Shown here one piece after another: positions 6,583-17,103 of a DNA stretch of 43,095 nt. Source of the stretch: an uncultured Kiloniellales bacterium (GTDB lineage Bacteria; Actinomycetota; Acidimicrobiia; Spongiisociales; UBA5794). Made by a program: the position numbers and the translations under genes. Position 1 is the first letter of the stretch. Each line of letters begins with the position of its first letter. The notes under the pieces were generated by a model, which searched no databases, was not told where the DNA came from, and saw only the letters and a list, made by a program, of their open reading frames with translations. Where the stretch lies: contig CAXMPL010000183.1 in NCBI GenBank assembly GCA_964195125.1, positions 1 through 43,095 of the forward strand. Direction: 5' to 3'.

Positions 6583-7518
6583 ATGGGTCAGACCAGCTCG
6601 ACCTATCACAACCCTGTGATGGTGAGCGAGGTGGTGGACTTCATGGAGCCCGTCGCGGGCGGCATCATTGTCGACGGGACCTTCGGCGGCGGGGGTCACG
6701 CCCTTGCTCTCCTGGATCGGTTTCCCGAGGTAACAGTGATCGGAATCGATCGGGATCCCGACGCTATCGCCAACGCCCCCGTCCACCCGCGCCTGTCTCT
6801 GGTCCAGGCCAACTTCGCCGAGCTGATGGAGGTGGTCGCCGGTGAACGTGGCACCGAACCATCTGATGGTCCTCATGTCGACGGCGTACTTCTGGATCTC
6901 GGCATCTCTTCGCATCAGGTCGATACCGCGGAGCGCGGCTTTTCGTTTCGGCGCGCTGGTCCATTGGACATGCGGATGGGGCCCGATACCGCGCTGGACG
7001 CCTCAGAATTGGTCAACGAGTGGGACGTGGATCGCCTCACATCCATCTTCCACGACTACGGGGAGGAGCGTTTCGCACGCCGGATCGCCCGCGCCATCGT
7101 CGCAGCACGCCCTGTCGATGACACCGAGAAGCTCGCTGCCGTGGTCGCAGATGCGATCCCTGCCGCAGCGAGGCGACCGGGCCATCCGGCCAGGAGGATC
7201 TTCCAGGCCCTCCGGATCGCGGTCAACGATGAACTGGGGGCCCTCGCCGCTGGGTTGGATGCGGCGATCGGAGCAATCCGGCCAGGAGGCAGAGTCGTGG
7301 TGATCTCATACCACTCCCTCGAAGACCGCCTGGTGAAGCAGCGCTTCGTAGCAGGAGCTGCGGGGCGCACCTTCCCCCCCGATCTCCCAGTGCGCGAATA
7401 CGGCGACGCTGCTGAGCTGCGCCTTCTGGGGCGCACACTCCCGAGTACCAAGGAGATCGAAAAGAACCCGCGGGCTCGGAGTGCGGTGCTGAGAGCGGCG
7501 GAGAAGGTGACGTCTTGA
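6583..7518 (+). CDS. rsmH: 16S rRNA (cytosine1402-N4)-methyltransferase RsmH
   Basis: HNPVMVSEV..DGTFGGGGHA SAM motif and SYHSLEDRLVK. I prefer ATG 6583 (GGGGGG upstream) over the track's TTG 6523. Confidence 0.9.
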   Translation: MGQTSSTYHNPVMVSEVVDFMEPVAGGIIVDGTFGGGGHALALLDRFPEVTVIGIDRDPDAIANAPVHPRLSLVQANFAELMEVVAGERGTEPSDGPHVDGVLLDLGISSHQVDTAERGFSFRRAGPLDMRMGPDTALDASELVNEWDVDRLTSIFHDYGEERFARRIARAIVAARPVDDTEKLAAVVADAIPAAARRPGHPARRIFQALRIAVNDELGALAAGLDAAIGAIRPGGRVVVISYHSLEDRLVKQRFVAGAAGRTFPPDLPVREYGDAAELRLLGRTLPSTKEIEKNPRARSAVLRAAEKVTS

Positions 7519-7898
7519 CCGCCGGAGCGTTGACGACAAGGTGGTCCGCCCGCCCGGTTCGCGATCGCACGAGGGTACGACCTCTCGCGGTGTTCGCGCT
7601 GGTCGTCGTCCTTGCATTCTTCGCCCTGATCTACTCGCGTATCTCGTTGGATCGGGCCGCTTTCGAACTTCACCAAATCGGCCAAGACGTCGCCGCCCAA
7701 GAGCGCATCCACTGGGATTTGCGGCTCGAGGTGGCGAGGCTGCAGAGCCCGCAACGGATCACAGAGGTCGCGGCCGGCCTCGGGCTCGTCTACCCGGAGG
7801 AGCGCATCACGATCGAAGCTTCGGGCGTCGCCTCCGATACCAACTACGCAGCGGCACGATGGACCGCATCTAGGTCGCTCCTCTCGGAGCTGCCGTGA
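7515..7898 (+). CDS. ftsL: Cell division protein FtsL-like (single TM plus coiled region)
   Basis: 127 aa. TM segment LAVFALVVVLAFFALIY followed by a coiled segment. It occupies the conserved position between rsmH and ftsI. TTGA start/stop overlap. Confidence 0.7.
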   Translation: MTAGALTTRWSARPVRDRTRVRPLAVFALVVVLAFFALIYSRISLDRAAFELHQIGQDVAAQERIHWDLRLEVARLQSPQRITEVAAGLGLVYPEERITIEASGVASDTNYAAARWTASRSLLSELP

Positions 7899-7972
7899 CG
7901 GGAGGGCAGCTATGGCCGGGCCGAACGCTGGCGGCCATCTGGCACCTCGCCAGCACTTGAGGGGAGCCTGAC

Positions 7973-9700
7973 GTGGGCCGGCCGCAGTGGCGTCTGCAAG
8001 ACGCTAGGGTCGTCGTGCTCGCAGTCGTCATGATCCTGGCGTGGGCCGGAATCGGTTACCGGCTGTTCCAGGTGCAGGGTGCCGATGCCGCCGCGCTGTC
8101 GCAGCGGGGCTTCGATCAGCGGGTGCGCCACGAGGAGATTCTGCCCAAACGGGGAACGATCTATGACCGAGACGGCATCGAGCTCGCCGTCACCATCTAC
8201 GGGAGTTCCCTGGTCGCCGATCCTGCGCTGATTGATGATCCGGCGGCGGCCGCTGCGGTCATCGGTCCTTTGATCGGCGCCAACATCGCCGACGTCGCGG
8301 TCAAGCTCGAGAGCGAGGGGCGTTACGTGCCATTGGTACGTCAACTCGAGCATGCCGAAGAAGAAGTCTTAGCGACGGCGATCGAAGGGGCGGGACTCGA
8401 CGGTTTCACTTTCGTCGAAGAACCGGTGCGGATCTACCCATCGGGGACGCTCGCCGCGCCGGTCGTTGGTCTCACCCGTCTCGATGGGGGCGCAGGGATC
8501 GAAGGCATCGAGGCCATCATGGACGGTGCCCTCGCCGGACGCCCTGGAACACGAATCGTTGAGCGAGATGCCGCAGGGAGGGCCATCCCACAGGGGGAGC
8601 TCCTCATCGAGCCAGCGGTGCCAGGGTCGGACGTGATCCTCACGTTGGATCGCGAGATCCAACACACCGCAGAACAGGCTCTCGGCGCCGCCATCGAGAG
8701 CGGAGCCCTTGGAGGCTCGGTGATCGTGATGGTTCCGTCCTCAGGAAGGATCCTCGCCATGGTGTCGCTCCCTTCCTTCGACCCAAACGATCGGGGCGCC
8801 CTTGATCCGGCGACGTTGCGGAATCGAGCGGTTGCCGACGTATACGAGCCAGGGTCTACGCTCAAGGTGGTTGCCGTCGCCGGCGCACTCGAGCTGGGCA
8901 TCGTGGGGCCCGCCACGGTGATCGAAACCCCTCACGAGATCACGATCGGGGATGAGGTGTTCGAGGATCATTCGGATCTCCCCACCGCCATGACCGTCGC
9001 TGATGTCGTCGCCAAGTCATCGAACGTCGGCACCATTGAGATCCAACGCCGGTTGGGCAACGAGCGGCATTACGCATTCCTCGATGCCTTCGGCCTCGGT
9101 CGGCCGGCGTCGATCGACTTCAACCCGGAGGCCGCGGGTCGCCTCGACCACTACAGCGCATGGTGTTATTCCACTTGTGGGGCTTCGGCTGCGATCGGGT
9201 ACGGCATTGGCGCAACTCCGATCCAGATGGCGGGTGTGTATGCCACCATTGCCAACGACGGCCAATGGGTCGAGCCGCATGTCGTGGCCGAGCTCATTGG
9301 GCTCGATGGAGGGCGGGTCGTCAGCGAGCCGCGGCGCCGCCAGGTGCTGTCGGCTGAGACCGCCGGCCTCATGCGCCAGATGTTGCGGGGCGTCGTCGAG
9401 GGCGGCACCGGCCGCCGGGCGCGGATCAACGGATTCAGCGTCGGTGGCAAGACAGGGACCTCGGTCAAATTCGACGTCGAGGAGGGCGCGTACAGCGAAG
9501 ACGAGACCATCGCCTGGTTCGTCGGCATCGCGCCTATCGACGATCCGGCGATCGTAATCGTCGTCGTGCTCGATGCCCCAACCGGTCTACTCGACGACGG
9601 AACCGAGCTTCAGTTTGGTGGTGCCTCGGCGGCCCCAGTGTTCGCCGAGATCGCAGAGTCGGCGCTGCACCAGCTTGGCGTGGCGCCGGACAAGGATTGA
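7973..9700 (+). CDS. ftsI: Class B penicillin-binding protein / peptidoglycan D,D-transpeptidase FtsI
   Basis: 575 aa with an N-terminal TM and the motifs STLK, SSN (KSSNVGT) and KTGT. Confidence 0.9.
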   Translation: MGRPQWRLQDARVVVLAVVMILAWAGIGYRLFQVQGADAAALSQRGFDQRVRHEEILPKRGTIYDRDGIELAVTIYGSSLVADPALIDDPAAAAAVIGPLIGANIADVAVKLESEGRYVPLVRQLEHAEEEVLATAIEGAGLDGFTFVEEPVRIYPSGTLAAPVVGLTRLDGGAGIEGIEAIMDGALAGRPGTRIVERDAAGRAIPQGELLIEPAVPGSDVILTLDREIQHTAEQALGAAIESGALGGSVIVMVPSSGRILAMVSLPSFDPNDRGALDPATLRNRAVADVYEPGSTLKVVAVAGALELGIVGPATVIETPHEITIGDEVFEDHSDLPTAMTVADVVAKSSNVGTIEIQRRLGNERHYAFLDAFGLGRPASIDFNPEAAGRLDHYSAWCYSTCGASAAIGYGIGATPIQMAGVYATIANDGQWVEPHVVAELIGLDGGRVVSEPRRRQVLSAETAGLMRQMLRGVVEGGTGRRARINGFSVGGKTGTSVKFDVEEGAYSEDETIAWFVGIAPIDDPAIVIVVVLDAPTGLLDDGTELQFGGASAAPVFAEIAESALHQLGVAPDKD

Positions 9701-9704
9701 GGCG

Positions 9705-11162
9705 ATGCTGCTCAGCACACTCGCAGATCGCGTCCCAGGCCCCGCCTCGGTGATCGGGAACGATGTGTCGATCGACGATGTGACCCATGATTCACGAGCG
9801 GTGAAGATCGGGGACCTGTTCGTCGCGATACGCGGTCTGGTGACAGATGGGCACGATTTCGTGGATGCGGCCGTCGCCGCAGGGGCCGCTGCCGTCGCCG
9901 TTGATCGAGCAGGGGAAGGCACCTACAGCCAGCTCGTCGTGCAAGATACAAGAGCGTCGCTCGGTCCACTGGCTGCGGCCGTCCACGGCGAGCCCTCGCA
10001 ACGCGTCGCAGTCGTCGGGGTCACGGGAACCAACGGGAAGACAACCGTCACCCATCTCATCGAGTCGATAGTCGCAGCCGGCGGAGGCAACCCGGGGGTG
10101 ATCGGCACGGTCGGCGGCCGCATTGCCGGTGACCACGTCGCTCTGTCGAGGACGACACCGGAGGCGTCCGATCTCCAGCGTTTGCTGGCAAGGATGGTCG
10201 AGGCCAACGTCGACGTCGTTGCCGTCGAGGTGTCCAGCCATGCGCTGGCTCTCCATCGGGTGGACGGCGTATGGTTCCGGGTCGCCGCATTCACCAACCT
10301 CATGCAGGACCATCTCGATTTCCACGGTGATATGGACTCGTATCTCGCAGCCAAGCGGCGGCTGTTCGATGTTGCCAGGGCCGAACGCGCCGTGGTCGGC
10401 GTCGACGACGAAGCCGGCCGTTCCATCGCCGCTGCCGCTCAGATGCCGGTCACGACCGTCGCACTGGATCAGGCTGCCGACATCACCGCCACCGACATCG
10501 AGGTGACCCTGGGTGGTAGCACGTTCACCGTGATCACGCCCGAGGGGAGCTACCGGGCCGCGATGCCCCTGCCGGGGCGCTTCAACGTACGGAACGCGCT
10601 GCTGGCGGCTGCCATCGCCCGCGAGCTGCGATGCACCAACGAGACCATTGCCGCAGGACTTGTCGCCGTCGGCGCCATTCCGGGACGCTTCGAACCGGTC
10701 GATGAAGGACAGCCGTTCGGGGTGGTAGTGGACTACGCACACACTCCGGACGCCATTGGGGCGATGATCGAGAGCGCCCACCGCCTTACCGAAGGCAGGG
10801 TCATCGCGGTTGTAGGCGCCGGAGGGGACCGCGACAAGGCCAAGAGGACGCCAATGGGCCAGGCAGCCGCCGGAGCCGACGTGGTGGTACTGACGTCCGA
10901 CAACCCGCGATCCGAGGATCCTCTGGTGATCATCACCGAGGTCGCCGCAGGGCTGGCATCGGGTACGGAGGCTTTCACCGAACCCGATCGGCGTCTGGCG
11001 ATCAGGAGCGCGGTCGGTCGAGCCGAAAAGGGGGATCTGGTGTTGATCCTTGGCAAGGGTCACGAGACCGGACAAGAAGTGGAGGGAACCATCCACCCGT
11101 TCGACGACAGGGTGGTCGCCGCAGAGGAGCTTCGGGCTGCGATGGGGGAGGCGACGGCGTGA
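9705..11162 (+). CDS. murE: UDP-N-acetylmuramoyl-L-alanyl-D-glutamate--2,6-diaminopimelate ligase MurE
   Basis: GVTGTNGKTT P-loop, Mur ligase middle and C-terminal domains, and TSDNPRSEDP. Start trimmed to ATG 9705, just after the ftsI stop. Confidence 0.9.
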   Translation: MLLSTLADRVPGPASVIGNDVSIDDVTHDSRAVKIGDLFVAIRGLVTDGHDFVDAAVAAGAAAVAVDRAGEGTYSQLVVQDTRASLGPLAAAVHGEPSQRVAVVGVTGTNGKTTVTHLIESIVAAGGGNPGVIGTVGGRIAGDHVALSRTTPEASDLQRLLARMVEANVDVVAVEVSSHALALHRVDGVWFRVAAFTNLMQDHLDFHGDMDSYLAAKRRLFDVARAERAVVGVDDEAGRSIAAAAQMPVTTVALDQAADITATDIEVTLGGSTFTVITPEGSYRAAMPLPGRFNVRNALLAAAIARELRCTNETIAAGLVAVGAIPGRFEPVDEGQPFGVVVDYAHTPDAIGAMIESAHRLTEGRVIAVVGAGGDRDKAKRTPMGQAAAGADVVVLTSDNPRSEDPLVIITEVAAGLASGTEAFTEPDRRLAIRSAVGRAEKGDLVLILGKGHETGQEVEGTIHPFDDRVVAAEELRAAMGEATA

Positions 11163-12490
11163 CCGGGCCTCTCGATTGGACGCTTGCGGAGGTGGCAGCG
11201 GCCACGCATGGTGTCGTCGACGGCGACGCGTCGATGCGGATTCACTCGGTTTCTACCGACTCGCGTTCGGTCACCTCGGGCGCGCTGTTCGTCGCCATCA
11301 AGGGTGAGCACCACGACGGGCACGACTTCGTCGCCGGCGCCATCGCCGGCGGAGCGGTTGCCAGCGTCGTTGAACGAGGCTCGATCAGCGAGATGCTGCC
11401 GCGAGTCGAGGTGGAAAACACAGCCAATGCGCTCCGAGACCTGGCCGCGGCCCGCAGGAGCGAGCTGGATGCGCGGGTGGTCGCCGTCTCCGGCTCGACG
11501 GGAAAGACATCGACAAAGGACTTGCTTGCCGCGGCGCTTCCCGGGAGCTTCGCCTCGCCGCGGTCGTTCAACAACGAAGTCGGGGTACCGCTCACCGTGC
11601 TCTCCGCCGCCGACGACACCGAGACCCTCGTGCTCGAGGTCGGATCGCGCGGCCTCGGGCACATCCGTTGGCTTGCACCTGCCGTCCTCCCCGACGTAGC
11701 CATCATCACCAACCTCGGAGTTGTTCACCTCGAGACCTTCGGGACCAAAGATGCTCTGGCCGACGGCAAGTTCGAGCTCATCGAGTCGCTCGTGGAAGGG
11801 GGCGTGGCAGTGCTCCCTGACGATGAGCCTCGCCTGGTCCGTCCTCACCCTGGGCCAACGATCACATTCGGCCTCAACCCAAATGCTGGTGTTCATGTGT
11901 CGGACATCGCGGTCGACCAGCAGGGGAGACCCCACTTCGTGCTCCACGCCGACGGTGCCTCGGTAGCCGTAGAGCTTGCCATGGCTGGCGCGCACAATGC
12001 GGTCAATGCTGCCGCCGCTGCAGCTGCTGCGTTGGTCCTCGGCCTCGATCTGGAGACGATCGCCAACGGGTTCGCTACCGCCACCGCCGCACCGTGGCGG
12101 ATGGAGGTTCACCAGGGCCGGATCACCGTCGTCAACGATGCCTACAACGCCAACCCCGACTCAATGGTTGCCGCCATGGAGACCGTCGCCGCCATGCCAG
12201 GACCCCGGATCGCTGTGCTCGGCGAGATGGCAGAACTCGGTCCGGTGACGGATGAAGAACACGAGCGCATCGGCCGAATCGCTGCCGATCTCGGGTTCGA
12301 TGTCATCACCGTAGGCCGGGACCACGGTCTTTCCGAGGCCGCGGGCGGACGAAACGTTGCCCGACAGTCGGATGCGGCGGACATCGTGCTTGATGAAGCC
12401 AGGCCAGGTTCGGTGGTCCTGGTGAAGGCGTCCCGATCCGTCGGTCTGGAGCGACTAGCCGCCGAGCTGATAGAGGAGGCGCGACCGTGA
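11159..12490 (+). CDS. murF: UDP-N-acetylmuramoyl-tripeptide--D-alanyl-D-alanine ligase MurF
   Basis: 443 aa, VSGSTGKTSTK P-loop, GTGA overlap with murE. Confidence 0.9.
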   Translation: MTGPLDWTLAEVAAATHGVVDGDASMRIHSVSTDSRSVTSGALFVAIKGEHHDGHDFVAGAIAGGAVASVVERGSISEMLPRVEVENTANALRDLAAARRSELDARVVAVSGSTGKTSTKDLLAAALPGSFASPRSFNNEVGVPLTVLSAADDTETLVLEVGSRGLGHIRWLAPAVLPDVAIITNLGVVHLETFGTKDALADGKFELIESLVEGGVAVLPDDEPRLVRPHPGPTITFGLNPNAGVHVSDIAVDQQGRPHFVLHADGASVAVELAMAGAHNAVNAAAAAAAALVLGLDLETIANGFATATAAPWRMEVHQGRITVVNDAYNANPDSMVAAMETVAAMPGPRIAVLGEMAELGPVTDEEHERIGRIAADLGFDVITVGRDHGLSEAAGGRNVARQSDAADIVLDEARPGSVVLVKASRSVGLERLAAELIEEARP

Positions 12491-13554
12491 TCCAGCTGCT
12501 GATCGCCGCAACCGTCGCCTTCACCTTCACCCTCGCGGCGACGCCGGTCGCCATCCGCTTTCTCAGGGGGCGGAGCATCGGCCAGTTCATCCAGGAGGAC
12601 GTTCAAGGCCACATGCACAAGAAGGGAACGCCAACCATGGGTGGCGTGGTCATCCTGCTCGGGGCCGTGCTCGGGTATGGCGCTGCCCACTTTCGACTGT
12701 TCAGCCTCGGCTCAGGCTTCGACCTCACCTTCCATCCGTTTGCACCCGAGGGCCTGCTCGCCGTGTTCGCATTTGTCGGCATGGGTTTCATCGGGTTCCT
12801 CGATGACTACGAGAAGCACGCGGCGAAACACAACCAGGGGCTCTCCAAGCGATGGAAGTTCCTTGGCCAGCTCGTCGTCGCCGGGATCTTTGCCTGGGGA
12901 GCTCAGATGTTCGGGGCATCCACCGAGCTGTCGTTCGTCCGGCCCCTTGGGATCGACATCGGTCCCGCGCTCTACTTCGTGCTGGTCCTGCTCATGCTCA
13001 CGGCTGCAGCCAACGCGGTGAACCTGACCGACGGGCTCGACGGGCTCGTTGCCGGATCGAGCGCCCTGGTGTTCGGGGCGTACGTGTTGATCGCGTTCTG
13101 GCAGTTCCGCAACGTCGCCTTCTACGGGGTCGACCCGAACGGTGCACTCGATCTCGGCCGATTCGCCGCCGCACTGGTGGGTGCTGTGCTCGCCTTCCTG
13201 TGGTGGAACGCCGCCCCAGCGCAGATCTTTATGGGCGACACCGGATCCCAGGCCGTCGGAGGTGCGCTTGCCGCGCTGGCACTGCTCACCAACACCCAGC
13301 TGCTCCTCATCATCCTCGGTGGCCTGTACGTGATGGAGACCATGTCGGTCATCGGGCAGGTATTCGCCTTTCGCGTATTCGGGAAGCGAATCCTCCGTAT
13401 GGCGCCGTTCCATCACCACTACGAGTTGAAAGGCTGGCCCGAAACCGTCGTCATCATTCGGCTGTGGATCATCGCTGGGATCCTGGTTGCCCTCGGCATC
13501 GGGATCTTCTACGCCGACTTCGTGGCGTCGACCGCCACGGGAGCGGGACTGTGA
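12487..13554 (+). CDS. mraY: Phospho-N-acetylmuramoyl-pentapeptide-transferase MraY
   Basis: 355 aa polytopic protein with NAVNLTDGLDGL and FMGDTGS motifs. GTGA overlap with murF. Confidence 0.95.
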   Translation: MIQLLIAATVAFTFTLAATPVAIRFLRGRSIGQFIQEDVQGHMHKKGTPTMGGVVILLGAVLGYGAAHFRLFSLGSGFDLTFHPFAPEGLLAVFAFVGMGFIGFLDDYEKHAAKHNQGLSKRWKFLGQLVVAGIFAWGAQMFGASTELSFVRPLGIDIGPALYFVLVLLMLTAAANAVNLTDGLDGLVAGSSALVFGAYVLIAFWQFRNVAFYGVDPNGALDLGRFAAALVGAVLAFLWWNAAPAQIFMGDTGSQAVGGALAALALLTNTQLLLIILGGLYVMETMSVIGQVFAFRVFGKRILRMAPFHHHYELKGWPETVVIIRLWIIAGILVALGIGIFYADFVASTATGAGL

Positions 13555-14828
13555 ACATGCTCGTTATCGGCGCCGCGGTGAGCGGCAGGGCTGCGGCCCG
13601 CCTGGCGAGGGACCGCGGGCATACCGTTGGCATCTATGACCATTCCGAGACCGGGGCAGCCGGGCTGCGACGCGAAGGGTTCACGGTGGTGACCGGTGCC
13701 TGGGATCGGGCTCAGTTGCGCGGGGTTGACGCAGTTGTCACCTCGCCGGGCGTTCCGGAACATGCGCCACCGCTCGTTGACACCGCAGCAGCCGGCATCG
13801 TCGTGTGGAGCGAGCTCGAATTCGGAGCCGGACACCTGGAGGCGCCGTATGTGGCGGTGACGGGAACGAACGGGAAAACGACGGTGACGGCCATGACGAC
13901 GGCGATGCTGACCGAGAGCGGCGTCGGCGCCGTAGCCGCAGGCAACATCGGGACCCCGGTGAGCAGCATCGTCGACGGTGATCACGAGGTCGTTGTCATC
14001 GAAGCCTCGAGCTTCCAGCTCCGATATATCGACACCTTCCATCCCGAGGTCGCCGCCATCCTCAATGTTGCCACCGATCACCTCGACTGGCACGGCACCG
14101 CCGCCGCCTACATGGAGGCCAAGGCGAGGATCTTCGAGAATATGAACGGTGCCGACCGCCTGGCTTACGATGTCGACGACGAGGGCTCAATAGCGCTGGC
14201 GGCTCGGGCCGCCGCCATCACCATTCCCGTCAGCGCAAGCGGGGTACCCGAAGGGGGTGCGGGTGCGAGTGGCTCCGAGCTCGTCTTCGGTGACCACCGA
14301 TACCCGTTGCCAACCGACGACCCGTCGTACGTTGCCGACCTGGCGTTTGCTGTGGTAGTCGCCACGGAAGCCGGCGCCACCGAGGAGGGAATCCGACGAT
14401 CCCTCGCTCGGTTCACCCCGGGGCCGCATCGTCGCCAGCTTGTCGGAACCATCGACGGTGTCATGTTTATCGATGACTCCAAGGCCACGAACCCGCACGC
14501 GGCCCGCGCCGCCGCAACGTCCTACGAGCGCGTGGTTTTGATCGCAGGCGGCCGCAACAAGGGGCTAGACCTTTCGGGAATCGTCGGACCGACGGTGCGT
14601 CACCTTGTTGCGTACGGCGAGGCCGCGGCCGATGTGGCCGCCGGCAGCGATGTCCCAATGACGATCGTCGTCGAGTTCGACGCCGCGGTCGACGCGGCGA
14701 GACGCGTGGCCGAGCCTGGCGATGTTGTGCTGTTGGCACCTGGTTGTGCCAGCTTCGATCAGTTCTCCGGGTACGAAGAGCGCGGCGACCGGTTCGCCGC
14801 CCTGGTTCTAGGGGAGGTGTCGAAATGA
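13551..14828 (+). CDS. murD: UDP-N-acetylmuramoylalanine--D-glutamate ligase MurD
   Basis: Begins VNMLVIGAAVSGRAAA and carries VTGTNGKTTV. The track ORF (12852..) extends spuriously upstream over mraY. GTG 13551 overlaps the mraY stop; ATG 13557 is an alternative start. Confidence 0.9.
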   Translation: MNMLVIGAAVSGRAAARLARDRGHTVGIYDHSETGAAGLRREGFTVVTGAWDRAQLRGVDAVVTSPGVPEHAPPLVDTAAAGIVVWSELEFGAGHLEAPYVAVTGTNGKTTVTAMTTAMLTESGVGAVAAGNIGTPVSSIVDGDHEVVVIEASSFQLRYIDTFHPEVAAILNVATDHLDWHGTAAAYMEAKARIFENMNGADRLAYDVDDEGSIALAARAAAITIPVSASGVPEGGAGASGSELVFGDHRYPLPTDDPSYVADLAFAVVVATEAGATEEGIRRSLARFTPGPHRRQLVGTIDGVMFIDDSKATNPHAARAAATSYERVVLIAGGRNKGLDLSGIVGPTVRHLVAYGEAAADVAAGSDVPMTIVVEFDAAVDAARRVAEPGDVVLLAPGCASFDQFSGYEERGDRFAALVLGEVSK

Positions 14829-16027
14829 CCTTCACGACGCGGCGATTCGACGAAGCTGGCTCGATGCTCGATACCAGCAACGCACCAGAGGAGCCGACAC
14901 GGTCGCGCCGTCGGATCCGGGCGACCGCGGTCGCGGTTCGGGAACGGCGATCGATCCTGCTTGTGGTTCCGGTTGTGATGTTGCTGATCGTCGGGCTGGG
15001 GGCGATGCTGAGCGCATCCTCGGTGGTCTCGATCAGAGAAACCGGAGATGCCCTCTTCTATATCAAGCGTCAGGTCCTATGGGTCGGTCTTGGGCTCGCA
15101 GCCTTTGTCATCACGACCAGGGTTCCCTATCGCTTCTACGAACGCGTGGCGGTTCCGATCTACCTGCTGGGTGTCGCCGGCCTGGCGGCGACACTGTTCT
15201 TTGGGGACGTCAGGGGCGGGGCGCGGCGCTGGATCGAGGTCGGACCGATCACCCTCCAGCCATCGGAGTTCGCCAAGCTGGCGACCGTGATCGTCCTGGC
15301 GGCGATCCTGGCGAGAAAAGGCACCCTTCTACGGAACCTCGGCCACTTTACGGTACCTGTGGTGACCGTCGTTGGGTCGATATCGGTGCTTCTAGTCCTC
15401 CAACCGGACTTCGGCACCGCGTTGCTCGTCGCTGGCGCCGCCTTTTCCGTCATGATCGCCTCGACAGCGCCGATCGGCTATTTGGCAGGCGCTGCCACCC
15501 TGGGCGGCGTGCTCGCCGTGGGGGGTGCCCTCGCCATGGATTACCGGCGAGCGCGAATCACCGGCTTCCTCGACCCGTTCGCCGACCCGCTGGACACCGG
15601 TCACCAGGCTGTGCAGAGTCTGGTTGCGTTGGGCACGGGCAGCTGGTTCGGGGTCGGCCTCGGCGCCAGTCGCGCCAGATGGTCCTTCCTACCAAACGCC
15701 CACACCGACTTCATCTTTGCCATCATCGGCGAGGAGATCGGGTTTGCAGGCGCATCACTGGTACTCGTGTTGTTCGCCGCTTTTGGTTTCCTCGGGATCC
15801 GGATCGCACTGAAGGCACCCGACATGTTCGGCCGGCTGCTCGCGGTCGGTATCGTCGGCTGGTTGTCGCTGCAAGCTCTGGTCAACATCGGGGGTGTGGT
15901 CGGCGCGCTGCCGATCACCGGGGTTCCGCTGCCGTTCGTGTCATCGGGGGGCAACGCCATGCTGATCAACCTGGCCGCAGTCGGGATCCTGGTCAACATC
16001 GCCAGGGCCGGCACCACCCGATCATGA
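14825..16027 (+). CDS. ftsW: SEDS-family peptidoglycan glycosyltransferase FtsW
   Basis: Polytopic, with PSEFAKL, the HTDFIFAIIGEE motif and VPLPFVSSGG. ATGA overlap with murD. Confidence 0.9.
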   Translation: MTFTTRRFDEAGSMLDTSNAPEEPTRSRRRIRATAVAVRERRSILLVVPVVMLLIVGLGAMLSASSVVSIRETGDALFYIKRQVLWVGLGLAAFVITTRVPYRFYERVAVPIYLLGVAGLAATLFFGDVRGGARRWIEVGPITLQPSEFAKLATVIVLAAILARKGTLLRNLGHFTVPVVTVVGSISVLLVLQPDFGTALLVAGAAFSVMIASTAPIGYLAGAATLGGVLAVGGALAMDYRRARITGFLDPFADPLDTGHQAVQSLVALGTGSWFGVGLGASRARWSFLPNAHTDFIFAIIGEEIGFAGASLVLVLFAAFGFLGIRIALKAPDMFGRLLAVGIVGWLSLQALVNIGGVVGALPITGVPLPFVSSGGNAMLINLAAVGILVNIARAGTTRS

Positions 16028-17103
16028 CATTCGCCTTCGCCGCGGCTGGTACGGGAGGGCACCTCGTCCCTGCCATCGCCGTCGCCAGAGAGCTCGTGCG
16101 CCGTGGTGTCTCGGCCTCCGACATCGTGTTCTTCGGCGGGGAACGACTCGAGACCACAGCCGTCCCTGAAGCCGGATTCGATTTGGTCCGGCTCGACATA
16201 CGCGGGTTGCGGCGGTCGCTCTCGCTGCGGAATGTGGGCCTGCCGTTGATGATCCGCCGAGCGGCACGGACGGTAAAAGACAACCTCAACGGCCGTGGGC
16301 GCGGTGTGCTCACCGCCTTTGGCGGCTATGTCACGATTCCCGCCGGCCTCGGTGCATCCTCAGCCGGTTATCCAATCGTGATACACGAGCAGAACGCGGT
16401 GCCTGGTCTCGCCAACCGTGTGGCGACGAGACGAGCCGCTCGGACCCTGGTTGCGTTCCCTGCGACAGTTCCCAGGCTGATCGGAGCTGAGCTGACGGGC
16501 AATCCGCTGGCCGAGCCCATTGCTGCGTACGATCCGAACCTCCGCAGCGACGCAATCGCCGGGTACCGACTGGACTCGAAACGGACCGTGCTCGGCGTGT
16601 TCGGCGGGAGCCAAGGCGCAGCAGCGCTCAACGAGCAGGTCGTCGGCTTCGCCAGCCGCATCGTTGACTCCGGGTACACCATTCTCCACGTGACCGGACC
16701 AGCCAACCACGATGCGGTCGCCGTCCGCGCCACCGACAATCCCCAATGGGTCACCGTCCCGTACGAAGGGCATATGGAGCGCTTCTATGCGGCATCGGAT
16801 CTCGTGCTATCTAGGGCTGGCGCGCTGACGATCAGCGAGCTCACCGCTACCGGCACGCCGGCCGTCGTCGTCCCTCTTCCTGCGGGCAGGGGCTACCAGG
16901 GTGAGAACGCCAGCGAGATGGAGGCTGCCGGCGGGTGTGTGATCGTTGACCAGGACAAGGTCTCGGCTCTGCCCAACCTACTCGCCGAGCTGCTCGCGGA
17001 CCGGGAGCGAAGGAACAGGATGGCGGTTGCAGCGGCAACGGTTGGGCGTCCAACCGCAACGGCCACCGTTACCGATATCGTACTCGAGGTGGCCAATGCT
17101 TGA
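16024..17103 (+). CDS. murG: UDP-N-acetylglucosamine--N-acetylmuramyl-(pentapeptide) pyrophosphoryl-undecaprenol GlcNAc transferase MurG
   Basis: Begins MTFAFAAAGTGGHLVPAIAVA, with a C-terminal GALTISEL region. ATGA overlap with ftsW. Confidence 0.9.
   Translation: MTFAFAAAGTGGHLVPAIAVARELVRRGVSASDIVFFGGERLETTAVPEAGFDLVRLDIRGLRRSLSLRNVGLPLMIRRAARTVKDNLNGRGRGVLTAFGGYVTIPAGLGASSAGYPIVIHEQNAVPGLANRVATRRAARTLVAFPATVPRLIGAELTGNPLAEPIAAYDPNLRSDAIAGYRLDSKRTVLGVFGGSQGAAALNEQVVGFASRIVDSGYTILHVTGPANHDAVAVRATDNPQWVTVPYEGHMERFYAASDLVLSRAGALTISELTATGTPAVVVPLPAGRGYQGENASEMEAAGGCVIVDQDKVSALPNLLAELLADRERRNRMAVAAATVGRPTATATVTDIVLEVANA

Noticed and set aside
9792-12112. Long antisense or alternative-frame ORFs inside Mur genes (9792..11096 -, 11060..12112 -). 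Similar cases elsewhere are 12852..13550 (+, upstream part of the murD ORF), 15079..16023 (+), 18163..19407 (-), 24013..25002 (+), 25099..26562 (+), 32375..33541 (-) and 3211..4149 (-).
   Set aside because: These are typical high-GC stop-codon-poor shadow frames. Their products are Arg/Gly/Pro-rich, lack motifs, and overlap confidently identified conserved genes.
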